Assembly (NCBI GenBank): GCA_964353775.1
Contig: CAYGWB010000002.1
Coordinates: 69,185-133,184 of the forward strand
DNA from: an uncultured archaeon
Lineage (GTDB): Archaea; Aenigmatarchaeota; Aenigmatarchaeia; Aenigmatarchaeales; JAHLMS01
Direction: 5' to 3'
Length of the DNA: 64,000 nucleotides
This document shows, in pieces, positions 37,823-48,519 of this stretch. The notes beneath the pieces were generated by a model. It was not told the DNA's origin and made no database searches. It saw nothing but the letters and a program-made list of their open reading frames with translations. Numbering within the stretch: position 1 is the stretch's first letter; the number at the start of each line of letters is the position of its first letter. The position numbers were made by a program, and so were the translations under genes.

Positions 37823-38149
37823 ATGTTCAATCTAGGAAGCAAGCAGATGGAGAAGATGGCGAAGCAGTTAGGGATATCGACAGAGGAAGTCCCTGCGGAC
37901 CAGGTCATAATCAGGGGTCCGAACAAAGAGATTGTAATTGACAAGCCGCACGTCACCAAGGTGAAGATTTCAGGTCAGGATACGTTCCAGATAATGGGCG
38001 ACGTGTCCGAACGAACGAAGGAGAAGTTCTCGGACGAGGACGTCAAGATGGTCGCTGATTCGACAGGCGCCAACGAGGCCGACGCAAAGAAAGTCCTGCA
38101 GGAGACGGGCGACATCGCGGCCGCAATAATGAGGCTGAAAAAGGACTAG
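37823..38149 (+). CDS. nac: nascent polypeptide-associated complex protein (alpha-NAC) with UBA domain
   Basis: MFNLGSKQMEKMAKQLGI start, then the NAC domain, then a C-terminal UBA segment (EADAKKVLQETGDIAAAI). Confidence 0.8.
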   Translation: MFNLGSKQMEKMAKQLGISTEEVPADQVIIRGPNKEIVIDKPHVTKVKISGQDTFQIMGDVSERTKEKFSDEDVKMVADSTGANEADAKKVLQETGDIAAAIMRLKKD

Positions 38150-38532
38150 GGCCTCACGAAGCTTGCGCCCTCGAATTTTTTCAGTTCCTCGCCAATTTTC
38201 CAAACATATTCGCTTTTCAATCTTTGTGCCATGTAGTCATTGAAGGTCAATTCGACCGATAATGAGCAGTGCGTGTTCCTTCTGATGGAAACACTTTTCA
38301 TGGTCGGGAAGACGCCGTCCTTCATCCTGTTCCTGGAAAATTCCTCGCTTATTTTTGAAACAATAGCTTGGAGCTTGCTCTCATAATTCCTTTTAGCATT
38401 TTCATAGTCGGTGCTCAGTGGTTTGTATAGGGAGCAATCTTCGCACTTGTCGCTCTCGCAAATATAATGGAAGTCGAACGATGTAGAACCGCCGTTCATA
38501 CAGAATTTTGGAGAACAAAAACTTAAATACAC
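38146..38532 (-). CDS. Cys-rich hypothetical protein
   Basis: 128 aa with CESDKCEDC near the N-terminus; lower GC than neighbours. Confidence 0.35.
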   Translation of the reverse strand: MYLSFCSPKFCMNGGSTSFDFHYICESDKCEDCSLYKPLSTDYENAKRNYESKLQAIVSKISEEFSRNRMKDGVFPTMKSVSIRRNTHCSLSVELTFNDYMAQRLKSEYVWKIGEELKKFEGASFVRP

Positions 38533-40220
38533 TATGCTTCTTCCGCGCCGAGTATCTTCTCAGCCACGTGTCCGAAGGCCGGTCGCGTGATGAACACACC
38601 TATCAGTACGCCGAGCGTCGTCGTTATGGCGAAGCCGCGCATCACTCCGATACCGATGAACAATAGCGGCAGCATGGCCGCGACTATCGTGCCTGCGGCA
38701 CCGAACACTATGAACAGCGCGCGCTTCAGACGCTGGCGTATCGTGTAAACGCTCTTTTCACCTGTTCGGCCGAGCAGTATCTCGTCAATCATCATTATCT
38801 GGTCGTTCGTGCCCGTGCCGATGGCGGCGATAAGGCCCGCTATGCTCGAGATATCGAGCGTCCAGCCGATGGCAGCGGCGGCACCCAACGTCAGAACGGT
38901 CTCCGACACGGACCAGATCATCATCGGTATCAGTATCTTGATTCGGCGGTACCTGAAGTAGATTACGCCCATCACAGCGGCCGATGCGATCAGTGCGGCT
39001 AGCATGGCGGCTCGGACGAACTCCGCACCCAGCGATGCGCTGATGGCGTCAACTCGGGCTATCTCCAGCTGTATCGGCAGCTCGCCCGAGGACAGAACTG
39101 ACTGAAGCATGCGCCTTTCCTGGAGCGAGCCCTGCTGCGTGTCCCTGGCGCCTGTTATGGTGGCCGTTGTCATGGCCTTGCCTGCGAGATCGGACACTAT
39201 GTTCAGGTCGTTTATCACTTTTTCATCCAGGAAAAGTATTATCTTGCTTTCGAGGTAGCTGTCTCCGGTTCCAGGGTCGACGATAACTCGCATACCTTTC
39301 GTGACGTCTGCGAACCGCTGCGCACCTTCGTTGCTGACCTGTATGTCGAACGCGAACTGCCAGATGTCGCCGGCCTTCATCACGTTGGAACGACATATGC
39401 CCTGCTGTTCAACCATGCAGACCGTTTTTATGTCAGTTCCATTGAAGACGGTGGCGACCACGACCGCGCCAGCTGAAGTGGCATTTGCCAGTTGCCAGTG
39501 TATGCCTGCCAGATCGAAAGTGGAGTTCAGCGCTACGTTCTGTCCGTTTATCACGGTTACGTTGTCCGTTACTGTTACAGTGTAATTGCTGTTGCCTATG
39601 CGTAGGCTGCCAGTGTCGTTCGTGAGCGTCACTACTTTCGGTATCTTCGCTTCGAAGTGGCCCTGTCTGGCCAGCAGATTGTCTATCTCCTCACGGCTGC
39701 CGCCTGCCATCTCGATCTGGATATAAGAATTGCCGGCGACGTCCTTGATTGACTGGAACTTGGTCTCGCGGAGGCCGTACGTGTTTATTCGCGTCTCAAG
39801 CGTCGTAATGGTCTGGTCTATGAGTTCCTGGCTGACGTTCCCGACGGGCTTGAGCAGCACGCGCGTACCGCCGACCAGGTCCATTCCCAAATTGAGCTTT
39901 GATGCGGACTGCTTGCCGACGGTTATCTTTAGTCCGGGTTCCGAGACTTCTGCCAGATCCAGTTCTCCTTTGTGCATGAAACGGAACGTTCCGGTGAAGT
40001 TCTCGAACTGGAGCAGGTCCTCGGGCGTCTTGATGTCGACCTCATTGGCCCATGTCAGTATTTCGCCCGGATGCAGCTTGCCGACCAACGGGCTGTCCGC
40101 TGCTACGCTCTTGACGACAACACCGCTCTTCTGCCACGGGAACACCATGGCGACTGCGAGCAGAACGCAGACTATGACAAGCAGTATCCGCCAGTCCTTG
40201 AGAAGCTCTCTTATAATCAT
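38532..40220 (-). CDS. secD: protein-export membrane protein SecD
   Basis: Large periplasmic-type domain plus a 6-TM C-terminal block. Its start overlaps the secF stop. Confidence 0.85.
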   Translation of the reverse strand: MIIRELLKDWRILLVIVCVLLAVAMVFPWQKSGVVVKSVAADSPLVGKLHPGEILTWANEVDIKTPEDLLQFENFTGTFRFMHKGELDLAEVSEPGLKITVGKQSASKLNLGMDLVGGTRVLLKPVGNVSQELIDQTITTLETRINTYGLRETKFQSIKDVAGNSYIQIEMAGGSREEIDNLLARQGHFEAKIPKVVTLTNDTGSLRIGNSNYTVTVTDNVTVINGQNVALNSTFDLAGIHWQLANATSAGAVVVATVFNGTDIKTVCMVEQQGICRSNVMKAGDIWQFAFDIQVSNEGAQRFADVTKGMRVIVDPGTGDSYLESKIILFLDEKVINDLNIVSDLAGKAMTTATITGARDTQQGSLQERRMLQSVLSSGELPIQLEIARVDAISASLGAEFVRAAMLAALIASAAVMGVIYFRYRRIKILIPMMIWSVSETVLTLGAAAAIGWTLDISSIAGLIAAIGTGTNDQIMMIDEILLGRTGEKSVYTIRQRLKRALFIVFGAAGTIVAAMLPLLFIGIGVMRGFAITTTLGVLIGVFITRPAFGHVAEKILGAEEA

Positions 40221-41092
40221 TTACTCGCCTTCCTCTCGACGTACCATCTCAGAAGACCCGTGTTCATCAGCCATGTGTACGGAATGTCAGCCACCAAGCC
40301 GAGCAAGAGCACGGAAGCGATCTGGGTTATCACGGACGATGACGATATCATGTAAAGCGCAAGAAGTGCGGCCAACGCCGAACCGGTCATGGTCAGACCG
40401 GTGCGCATGGCGCCCCGCGACTTTGTCTTGAACGTGCCTTCTGGAGTCTTCAGCACTCGGGACGTCAACAGCACGTCCGTGTCGACCGAGTATCCGACCA
40501 ACATGAGCAGCGCGGCGAACGTGGCCAATGACAGCTTCACTCCCAGGAACTGGGAAGCGGCCAAGGCGGTTACTATGTCACCGAACGCGCAGAGGACGAC
40601 ATAGAAGCTGGGCATCGGTATGCGGAAGACGATGAAGATGGTGATAGCCATGAAGATGAACGCGACGATTAGTGCGATCTGTGCCTGCTGGAAGAAAGAC
40701 GCTCCGAGCGTCGGGCCGATGGTCTGGGATGCGACGTTCGAGAAGTCCCATCCGGACGATTTTAAAGTGGACATGACGGCGTCCGTGTCCGCATCAGCTG
40801 GCAGCTCGATTATTACGGTCCAGCCAGTAATGCCACGGGCCGTACGGACTGTTGCCTCATAGCTCTTCAGGGCGCCCTCTATCGCAGCGGCGTCCGGAGC
40901 GATTTTCGTGTCGGCCGTTATCTGCGTCCCGCCCTTGAAGTCTATGTCCAAGGCGAGGCCAGGTCCGACGGACAGCCAGACGACGTAGCTGGCCGCCACT
41001 ATCATCATCACAATCGGGATTAGCATCAAAAGCTTGTAGTTTACCTCAGGAAGGCTGAATTTGGCCTTTTGAGCGGTCTGCTGCGGCTCCAT
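40217..41092 (-). CDS. secF: protein-export membrane protein SecF
   Basis: Only the C-terminal 292 aa of the 627-aa track ORF looks real. The upstream extension is antisense to the GGR gene. Confidence 0.85.
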   Translation of the reverse strand: MEPQQTAQKAKFSLPEVNYKLLMLIPIVMMIVAASYVVWLSVGPGLALDIDFKGGTQITADTKIAPDAAAIEGALKSYEATVRTARGITGWTVIIELPADADTDAVMSTLKSSGWDFSNVASQTIGPTLGASFFQQAQIALIVAFIFMAITIFIVFRIPMPSFYVVLCAFGDIVTALAASQFLGVKLSLATFAALLMLVGYSVDTDVLLTSRVLKTPEGTFKTKSRGAMRTGLTMTGSALAALLALYMISSSSVITQIASVLLLGLVADIPYTWLMNTGLLRWYVERKASK

Positions 41093-41146
41093 AATCTCAC
41101 ATTCAATTCGATAAACTATATAAAGTAAGCGGGCTTTTAACTGTCT

Positions 41147-42157
41147 ATGCGAGTCGGCATTGTCGGAGCTGGAATAAACGGTCTGTGGCTGGCATGGCAG
41201 CTGGCCAAGCGCGGGCACGACGTGTCTGTTTTTGAGGCCAAGCACACGATAGGCAAGGAGGTCTGCTCCGGCATGGTATCGGAACGCATATGGAAGTTCG
41301 TGCCGAAGAAGCCCGAGCTCGTCAAGAACATCATTCACGGAGCGAGAATACACTTCCCAGAGAAGACCGTCAAGCTGATGTTCGAGCCGAAGATGCTCGT
41401 GCTCGACCATGCCGAGCTGGACAGGTACGTGGCCGAGCTCGCGACAGCGGCCGGCGCGAAGATATTGCTCGGTCACTCGTTCACTAAATTGTTCTTCCAA
41501 AAAAGCAAGAGGCCGCAGATAGCGGTTGCGGCGGATATGACAACAGAATCCGTGCCGGCGAAGCACAGCCACGTCTATGAGTTCGACCAGCTGATAGGGG
41601 CGGACGGTCCGCACTCGCTTCTGCGAAAGCAGCTGGGGCAGCCGGACCCCGATTTCATGCTTGGCCTGTTCTGCTACGTGGACAAGAAGTCCACTTCGGA
41701 CTTCGTCGACGTATATCCGCACAAGCGCGGCTTCAGCTGGATAATACCGAGGGGCGACAGCATAGAGTACGGAACGCTTGAGAGGCCGAAGGTGGCGAAG
41801 AAGCAGTTCGGCATATTCTGCGCTGCGCACAGGGTAAAGCCGAAAAATATTCTGTCGGCAACGATACCGCACGGCCTGGTCCATGCGAGCGCCGGCAGCA
41901 TAGCGCTTGTCGGCGATGCGATCGGACTTACGAAGAGCTGGTCGTTCGGCGGAATAGTCTGGGGGCTGACAGCGAGCGGGCTGCTCGTGAAAAGCTTCCC
42001 TAACTTCGGACGGTACAACCGGCAGCTGGAGCAGCACTTCGGTCCGCGCACGTTCTTCTCGGATATCGGCACGCGCGTTGCGGTCTGGACGGGCTTCCAT
42101 TTGCCCGGTCTTCTGCCGAGGCAGATGGTCATAGACAGCGACTGGGTGTTCGAGTGA
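41147..42157 (+). CDS. geranylgeranyl reductase family FAD-dependent oxidoreductase
   Basis: Rossmann GxGxxG at VGAGINGLWLA... and overall GGR-like layout. Confidence 0.8.
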   Translation: MRVGIVGAGINGLWLAWQLAKRGHDVSVFEAKHTIGKEVCSGMVSERIWKFVPKKPELVKNIIHGARIHFPEKTVKLMFEPKMLVLDHAELDRYVAELATAAGAKILLGHSFTKLFFQKSKRPQIAVAADMTTESVPAKHSHVYEFDQLIGADGPHSLLRKQLGQPDPDFMLGLFCYVDKKSTSDFVDVYPHKRGFSWIIPRGDSIEYGTLERPKVAKKQFGIFCAAHRVKPKNILSATIPHGLVHASAGSIALVGDAIGLTKSWSFGGIVWGLTASGLLVKSFPNFGRYNRQLEQHFGPRTFFSDIGTRVAVWTGFHLPGLLPRQMVIDSDWVFE

Positions 42158-43647
42158 CTGACGGAAAGAAGATAATCTCCAACATATTCTATTATTTTCT
42201 AGACTTGCTAACGGTCACGGTAGCGGGCTACATATTCTGGATGCTCATGGGAAAGATGCTTCCGCCCGAGCAGTACGGAGTGCTCACGGCCGTTGTCGCG
42301 TTGTTCTATGTAGTTAGCACGATAACGATGCTCGGGTTCACGGAGGCCCTGCCAAAGCTGTTGCCCGAGCTACTCTCAAGGGGCAGGCGAGAGGCGCTTG
42401 GCGGAATGATTAAATACGCTTTGAAAATCGCGACAGTTTTCGGCGTTTTCGTTTCTCTGGCCATATGGTTCGGTGCTGGCAAACTGTCACAGATGTTCTA
42501 CGGCAACACAGGGATGGCGATGCCGCTCCAGGCGCTCGCCGCGATGTTGTTTATAGCGAACATAGGAAACGTCGCAAAGGCGGCTTTGCAAGGAATGCAG
42601 AATTTCAGGGCCATGTTCGCCTCGGACCTTGTCGGCAGCGTCGGCAGGCTTTTTGTGGCCGCCGGGCTGGTCACGCTCGGTTGGGCGGCAATCGGAGGTC
42701 TGGCCGCATGGGTGTTCTATTTTGCCGTGCTGGCTGTGATATGCGGGGCTCTTGCGCTGAAGGCCCATCCGGCAGGCCAGTTCGATAGGCGAGAGTTGTG
42801 GCGATTCAGCTCCCCAAGCATGTTCTCGCTGCTAGGATACTATCTGATACTACAGGGCGGGGTGCTCGTTCTGGCGGCCCTTACGAACGCGCAGACCGTG
42901 GCGTATTTCGGTGTGGCCGTTCTGTTCGGGCAGGTGTTGATTTTCATTCCGACCGTCATCGCTGGTGCGCTTTTGCCTAGCATCTCCGAGCTCTGGGTTG
43001 GGCACAAGGAAAAGGTTCAGAAGCTGCTATCGGCTTCAATAAAGCTGACGTTCCTGACCGTATTGCCGTTCACGATATTGTTCATTCTCGGAAGCAGGCT
43101 GCTTGTGCAGTTGGTCTATAGCTCGCAGTATATATCAGCCGCAACGCTTTTCCCTGCGTATATGGCGGCCTCGTTCCTGTACGGGCCAGTCATACTACTG
43201 CTAATAACCCTGTATGCGATCGGGAAACCGATGACTAGGCTCGCGATAATCGCCGCTGGGGCGATAATCAACATCGGAGCGTGCTTCGTTCTCGTTCCAG
43301 CTATCGGCCTGACAGGCGCGGCGTTCGCATTCATGACCAGCCAGGTCGTGATGCTGCTGGCCTCGCTCGTTGTGGTCACTCGCAGTGCGCGTCTGCATTT
43401 CTCCAAGCGCAGCCTGATGGTGATTCCGGCCGCAATCGTGTTCGGAGCAATATTGTGGACGCACAATTTTGTCAGTTCGGTTTGGCTGAAGGTGCTGATA
43501 GCTCTTGTTGCACTAGCAGTCTATGGTCTCGTGCTTCTTGCTACAAAGGTTGTTGGTAAGAAAGAGCTGATACTGCTGGACTATTTTCCGGACAGCTTCG
43601 GGCCAGTGAAAAAGTTAGCTAATGCCATGGCTGGCATGTTTGCATAA
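42154..43647 (+). CDS. polysaccharide biosynthesis flippase (Wzx/MOP family)
   Basis: 497 aa with about 14 transmembrane helices. Confidence 0.8.
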   Translation: MTDGKKIISNIFYYFLDLLTVTVAGYIFWMLMGKMLPPEQYGVLTAVVALFYVVSTITMLGFTEALPKLLPELLSRGRREALGGMIKYALKIATVFGVFVSLAIWFGAGKLSQMFYGNTGMAMPLQALAAMLFIANIGNVAKAALQGMQNFRAMFASDLVGSVGRLFVAAGLVTLGWAAIGGLAAWVFYFAVLAVICGALALKAHPAGQFDRRELWRFSSPSMFSLLGYYLILQGGVLVLAALTNAQTVAYFGVAVLFGQVLIFIPTVIAGALLPSISELWVGHKEKVQKLLSASIKLTFLTVLPFTILFILGSRLLVQLVYSSQYISAATLFPAYMAASFLYGPVILLLITLYAIGKPMTRLAIIAAGAIINIGACFVLVPAIGLTGAAFAFMTSQVVMLLASLVVVTRSARLHFSKRSLMVIPAAIVFGAILWTHNFVSSVWLKVLIALVALAVYGLVLLATKVVGKKELILLDYFPDSFGPVKKLANAMAGMFA

Positions 43648-43685
43648 AATAATGCTTTTAAATGGTTTGACAAAAAATACTCGTT

Positions 43686-44345
43686 ATGAAAGTATATGCC
43701 GTAATACCGGCTTACAATGAGGCCGCTACCGTTGGCCAAATAGTTAAAATTGCCAAAAAATATTGCACTGTTCTGGTAGTAGATGACGGCAGTAAGGACG
43801 AAACTGCAGCGGTTGCCAAAAAGTCCGGGGCCGAGGTCGTGAGGCATGCTACAAACATGGGCTATGGCCGCGGACTTCGGGACGGAATTTCGGCTGCGCT
43901 TGAACGTGGTGCCGATGCAATAATAACATTGGATGCGGACGGGCAACACGATCCTAATGATATACCGAAGTTCATTGACGCGCTCAATAAAGGTTCAGCT
44001 GGTGTGGTCGGATCAAGATTCTTGACAGGTAATAGTTGGGGCACATGGAAACGCATGCTCGCATTACGTCTACTTGCCATACAGCTACGAGTTTTTACTG
44101 GTATAGAAATGACAGATGTGCAATCCGGGTTTAGGGCGTATTCGGCAGAAATGCTGAGAAGCATCAAGTTATCAGAAGAGGGCATGGCGTTTTCCGTTGA
44201 GCTGCCGATAAAAGCAAAGAGATTGGAATATCAATTTACAGAAGTTCCTATTCAAATAAAACAACCGCACAGAATAAAGACCTTTTGGAGCGCCATGAAA
44301 CAGGGGATAGAAGTCGGGAAGGCCATCATACGATATGCGTTGTAA
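43686..44345 (+). CDS. glycosyltransferase family 2 (dolichyl-phosphate sugar synthase-like)
   Basis: VIPAYNEA...VVDDGSKDET...DADGQHDP. Confidence 0.8.
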   Translation: MKVYAVIPAYNEAATVGQIVKIAKKYCTVLVVDDGSKDETAAVAKKSGAEVVRHATNMGYGRGLRDGISAALERGADAIITLDADGQHDPNDIPKFIDALNKGSAGVVGSRFLTGNSWGTWKRMLALRLLAIQLRVFTGIEMTDVQSGFRAYSAEMLRSIKLSEEGMAFSVELPIKAKRLEYQFTEVPIQIKQPHRIKTFWSAMKQGIEVGKAIIRYAL

Positions 44346-44365
44346 AATTGATGTTTCTCAGTCGT

Positions 44366-45751
44366 TCAACGATTAACGACATCCGTCAGCATCTTCAGCC
44401 CATTGATGTTGATGCGTATGTCGCCAAGGTTGCGTATAGACAACAGCTTTTTGAGCAGATATCTGGGGCGCAGATAAAATTCCTTATAGGCTTTGTTGTA
44501 CCAGACAACAAGCTGCTCGGGGGTTACGCTTTCTGCCAGTGAAACTGGTCGTGCCCCTGAGGTGACGTAGCTCATTCTGTCCCAGTCCGGTAATTCAATG
44601 CCGCGTTTCTTTGCCATGTCTGCCAGCTCTGTTCCTGGGAAGGCCGTACAAATTGAAAACTGGGCGAAATCTGGGTCAATCTTCTTTGCGAAGTCAATGG
44701 TCATCCTCATGGTAGTTTCATCATCGCCCGGAGAACCAAGCATGAAATAGGCAACAGTAAGAATTTTTGCGTCATGGGTAAGTGCAAATGCCGTTTCTAC
44801 CTGCTCAATGGTTATATCCTTTTTTAGGTTATTCAGGATTTGTTGGTTGCCGCTTTCTACACCATAGCTGATGATGTAGCATTTGGCAGCTGCCATATTT
44901 TTCAATAGTTCCTTGTCTACAAGGTTTACCCTGGTTTCACAGCTCCAAAGAATATTCATTCTCTTTTTTATCATCTGATCACAGAGCTCAACTACTCTTT
45001 TTCGATCAACAGTAAAACTGTCGTCGTAGAAAAGTAGTTCCTTGATACCGAATTTGTTATGAAGATATTCTATCTCTGCAATTATGGCATTCGGACTCTT
45101 CGCCAAAAATTTCCTACCATGGACGGGTTTGCTACAGAATGCGCATCGATATGGGCAACCTCGGCTTGTCATTATTGCCATATAGGGTAATCGCTTGCCG
45201 TGTGGTGGATATGGTCGATACTTATTGATCGGCAGTAGATGATATGCTGGCATCGGCAGACCGTCAAGGTCGGTCAGATGGGGTCGCGGCGGATTCATCA
45301 CAATGTTTTTATCATCTCGCCAGGCTATCCCGAGAATATCCTTGAAATCACGCTTTTTAATCGCAGCCACCAGTTCTGGTGCTGTTATCTCACCCTCGCC
45401 AAAAACAACTGAATCCAGTTCAGGCACGACCTCCAATAACTGTTGCGGCAGTAATGTTGCATGCGGGCCGCCCATGAAAATGAACAGGTTTGGATTAGCT
45501 GCCTTCAAAGCCTTTACGGTTGCTATAGCAGAGCTGACTGTGGGCGTCATGACAGTGATACCGACAGCATCGACACCCCCAGCTATGACCCTTTGATTAA
45601 TCTGCTCAATAGTCAGTCGTTCAGCAGGTGCGTCGATTATGTCAACCGTATGCCCAGCCTTTTCCAGCACAGCCGCCACATAGGCCAGACCCAATGGTGG
45701 CTGTGGGAATCTTGTTTTTTTTGGTGGATTGATTAATGAGATATGCATCAA
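44366..45751 (-). CDS. B12-binding domain radical SAM protein (class B radical SAM, putative methyltransferase)
   Basis: N-terminal B12-binding fold (PPLGLAYVAAVLEKAGH) and SRGCPYRCAFC. Confidence 0.85.
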   Translation of the reverse strand: MMHISLINPPKKTRFPQPPLGLAYVAAVLEKAGHTVDIIDAPAERLTIEQINQRVIAGGVDAVGITVMTPTVSSAIATVKALKAANPNLFIFMGGPHATLLPQQLLEVVPELDSVVFGEGEITAPELVAAIKKRDFKDILGIAWRDDKNIVMNPPRPHLTDLDGLPMPAYHLLPINKYRPYPPHGKRLPYMAIMTSRGCPYRCAFCSKPVHGRKFLAKSPNAIIAEIEYLHNKFGIKELLFYDDSFTVDRKRVVELCDQMIKKRMNILWSCETRVNLVDKELLKNMAAAKCYIISYGVESGNQQILNNLKKDITIEQVETAFALTHDAKILTVAYFMLGSPGDDETTMRMTIDFAKKIDPDFAQFSICTAFPGTELADMAKKRGIELPDWDRMSYVTSGARPVSLAESVTPEQLVVWYNKAYKEFYLRPRYLLKKLLSIRNLGDIRININGLKMLTDVVNR

Positions 45752-45870
45752 ATCACATCATAATCTAAAATATCATATATTTAAGTGCTTTATTAAAAGT
45801 CTAAATATTCAGACAATTTTAAGTGTTAAGAATGAAGGCCGTATCTGTTTTGCATTCACGATATTAGATT

Positions 45871-46842
45871 CTACCGAATAAATACTTCGTTCGTCTGATA
45901 TTTTTTAATATCACTCTTTTTGCTGTAAGCAGATTTATTTGTTAGAATCATTTTCAAGACCTTTATCATTTTTTGTCGATAGTAATGGCAGTTCCAGCAT
46001 AGTTCGTTCTTACCGATAGTTCCTGTTAGCAGACGCTCACGTAAAGCCTTCCATTTCGGGCTTGTCCATGCCTCCTTAATGCTCATGTCGTTTACATTGC
46101 CTACGCAGTTCTTTTGATAATAGTCAAAACAGCACGGAATAATTGAGCCGTCAGCGAATACGAAACAATGCCTGAAAGGCATCTTACATGGAGTTTTCAA
46201 TATGCCACCTGCTCGATTTATTAAATGCGGGTAATTCGTCTGCCCTGCCCAATCATGTGTTTCAAAATATGCGAACCTTGAATTGTCATGCATGTGTGGT
46301 CGAATAAAATCAATATATTCCTTTTGATCGTTATTTGAGAAAAACAACACACCGATATCTACCTGAATGTTCTTTCCTTTTGTTTGGTCAAGAAAGTCAG
46401 CTATTTTTTGCCATGTTTGCTTGTTCTGTTGCTTTTCAAATAGTGATATGAAGGTCATACCCGAATCGATAATCTTTTTTCCAATTTCTTTTGTGAGCAG
46501 AGAACCATTGCTCGAGAAATCTATTTTTGTGTTAGGCATCTTTTTTCTGACTATTCTTATGAAGTCGAATATTTCAGAATTCAAAAGAGGTTCACCAAAC
46601 TGGTGTAGTGCGATCTCCTTGATGTGTGGATTTTCTTTCTTTACCTCATCTATTATTTTGTTGAACATCTCTTTGTTCATCCATATTTCTGGTCGTCTGT
46701 CAGGGTTGTTGTTCGGACAGAACGGGCAGGACAGATTGCACTTGCTGTTGAGTTCTATTCCAATATATTCTGGGAAAGGTATATCTGAGAACTGTTGCTT
46801 GCCTATGCTCGTAGCCATTATTAGTTTTTTTCTTAGGGACAT
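45871..46842 (-). CDS. radical SAM / SPASM-domain protein
   Basis: CNLSCPFCPN cluster motif and a Cys-rich C-terminal SPASM region. Markedly AT-rich. Confidence 0.8.
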   Translation of the reverse strand: MSLRKKLIMATSIGKQQFSDIPFPEYIGIELNSKCNLSCPFCPNNNPDRRPEIWMNKEMFNKIIDEVKKENPHIKEIALHQFGEPLLNSEIFDFIRIVRKKMPNTKIDFSSNGSLLTKEIGKKIIDSGMTFISLFEKQQNKQTWQKIADFLDQTKGKNIQVDIGVLFFSNNDQKEYIDFIRPHMHDNSRFAYFETHDWAGQTNYPHLINRAGGILKTPCKMPFRHCFVFADGSIIPCCFDYYQKNCVGNVNDMSIKEAWTSPKWKALRERLLTGTIGKNELCWNCHYYRQKMIKVLKMILTNKSAYSKKSDIKKYQTNEVFIR

Positions 46843-46939
46843 TTTATTCGCTCCATTATAATTATATGTTGTTATAAGTTATAGCTTATCAGCTAGTTAA
46901 TATTTAAAAAGCTAGCGACAAACATATTAGGCGAGCTAT

Positions 46940-48457
46940 ATGGACGTCAAAACTATTGAAAAAAATATAGAGATGCTTTTCATAGTATTCCTGCTATTGT
47001 TAGGAACCTACTATGTAGTGTTGGCATACAGTACCCAGATGCTAGGTGAGGACGAGGCTGTTTATTACGGAGCATCGAACGAGTTTGCACAAGGAACCTA
47101 CAGGGCATTTTTACCGGCTGATAAACCATTCGTGAGTCCGGTTCTTATGTCGCTTACTGCCACACCGTTCTTTCTAATTTTTGGTTCGTCCTTAGGAGCA
47201 TTGAAGGCAGTGTCTGCATTATTCGGAATACTGTCATTATTCATAGTTTTTTTGATAGGGAAAAAAATTAATGTATATTACGGAATTTTCGCGGCAATCC
47301 TTCTGCTGTCAATTCAGATGTTTACACAATTCATGATGCTGGCATATGTCGAAACACCAATAACGTTCTTTTCCGCACTGTTAATATATTGTTATCTGAC
47401 TTTGGACAATACAAAAAAAGCGGTTCTCACAGGAGCGATACTGAGCTTGGCTTTTTATACAAAGGCCAGTGCCTTGGTGCTGGTTGCCGTGCCATTTGTT
47501 TACGGAGTTTTCCTATGGCTCTATGAAAAAAACAAGCAGTATGTCAAATTTGCCGTAGTATCGATATTGACGTTTGTAGCGTTAGTAGCACCATTCGCTA
47601 TTAGAAACATTTTATTGTATCATTATCCCTTTGTCGAAGGATTGAATGTACTTTTCGGAGCTTCACCTCTTCAATGGCCAACATGGTTATCTGATGTATT
47701 CAAAACGGTTTCTCCGGTGCGGCCTGGTATGGAAATGTATATATCCTCATTTGGATGGTTGGCCATAGTGCTCGGCATATTTGGTTTTGGATGGTTGGCC
47801 ACAAACTGGAAACATGAAAAAAAGGAACGTGATCTTCTCATCATGCAACTTTTGACAATATTTTTCTTCATAGCAGTCTTCAACATTGTATATTTTTTTG
47901 GAACCTTTCCACTTGAATCTCGATACCTATCTATTATATTTCCATCAATTGTGCTACTCGGTGGTTTCTTCATCTGGAAAATTAATCAATGGAACAAATG
48001 GCTGATACTATTAATAGTACCAATTTTGCTATTTAGTACCTATGTCAGTGCCACAACGGTGTTTTCAACACATGGTTCGCAACGATATCCAGCAGACTAC
48101 ATAGATGCGTTGCATTGGATAAAGGCCAATACGACCTCTGACGCTTTGCTTTTCACGACATATGGCGGCAGTACGAAATACTTCGGTGAACGAGAGAGCA
48201 TATGGACATGGGAGGTTAAGGAGTTTCCTGAACTCATGAACTCAAACAACGGAACCTACATTGCAGATACGTTAAAACATTATAATATTAGCTACATCTT
48301 GATATGGCGTGCGACTGTGGCACAGAATTATATCATTCCCGAGAGCAACCTTTGGGGCGTCTTTACATATAATTTTGTAGATGTTGTCAGCAAGGATACC
48401 GAAGACTTTGAAACAGTTTACTCCAACCAGGACAACTGGATACTTAAGCTGAAGTGA
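46940..48457 (+). CDS. GT-C fold membrane glycosyltransferase (ArnT/PMT-like)
   Basis: About 11 N-terminal transmembrane helices plus a soluble C-terminal domain. Lacks the WWDYG motif, so not AglB. Confidence 0.55.
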   Translation: MDVKTIEKNIEMLFIVFLLLLGTYYVVLAYSTQMLGEDEAVYYGASNEFAQGTYRAFLPADKPFVSPVLMSLTATPFFLIFGSSLGALKAVSALFGILSLFIVFLIGKKINVYYGIFAAILLLSIQMFTQFMMLAYVETPITFFSALLIYCYLTLDNTKKAVLTGAILSLAFYTKASALVLVAVPFVYGVFLWLYEKNKQYVKFAVVSILTFVALVAPFAIRNILLYHYPFVEGLNVLFGASPLQWPTWLSDVFKTVSPVRPGMEMYISSFGWLAIVLGIFGFGWLATNWKHEKKERDLLIMQLLTIFFFIAVFNIVYFFGTFPLESRYLSIIFPSIVLLGGFFIWKINQWNKWLILLIVPILLFSTYVSATTVFSTHGSQRYPADYIDALHWIKANTTSDALLFTTYGGSTKYFGERESIWTWEVKEFPELMNSNNGTYIADTLKHYNISYILIWRATVAQNYIIPESNLWGVFTYNFVDVVSKDTEDFETVYSNQDNWILKLK

Positions 48458-48519
48458 ACATCCTACACGTTTAAATAGTTCAAACCGACGTTTTGATAAT
48501 TATAGGGCTAGTGATTTGG

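Noticed and set aside
40217-42100. 627-aa minus-strand ORF
   Set aside because: Only the C-terminal 292 aa (40217-41092) are SecF. The N-terminal extension is antisense to the well-supported geranylgeranyl reductase gene.
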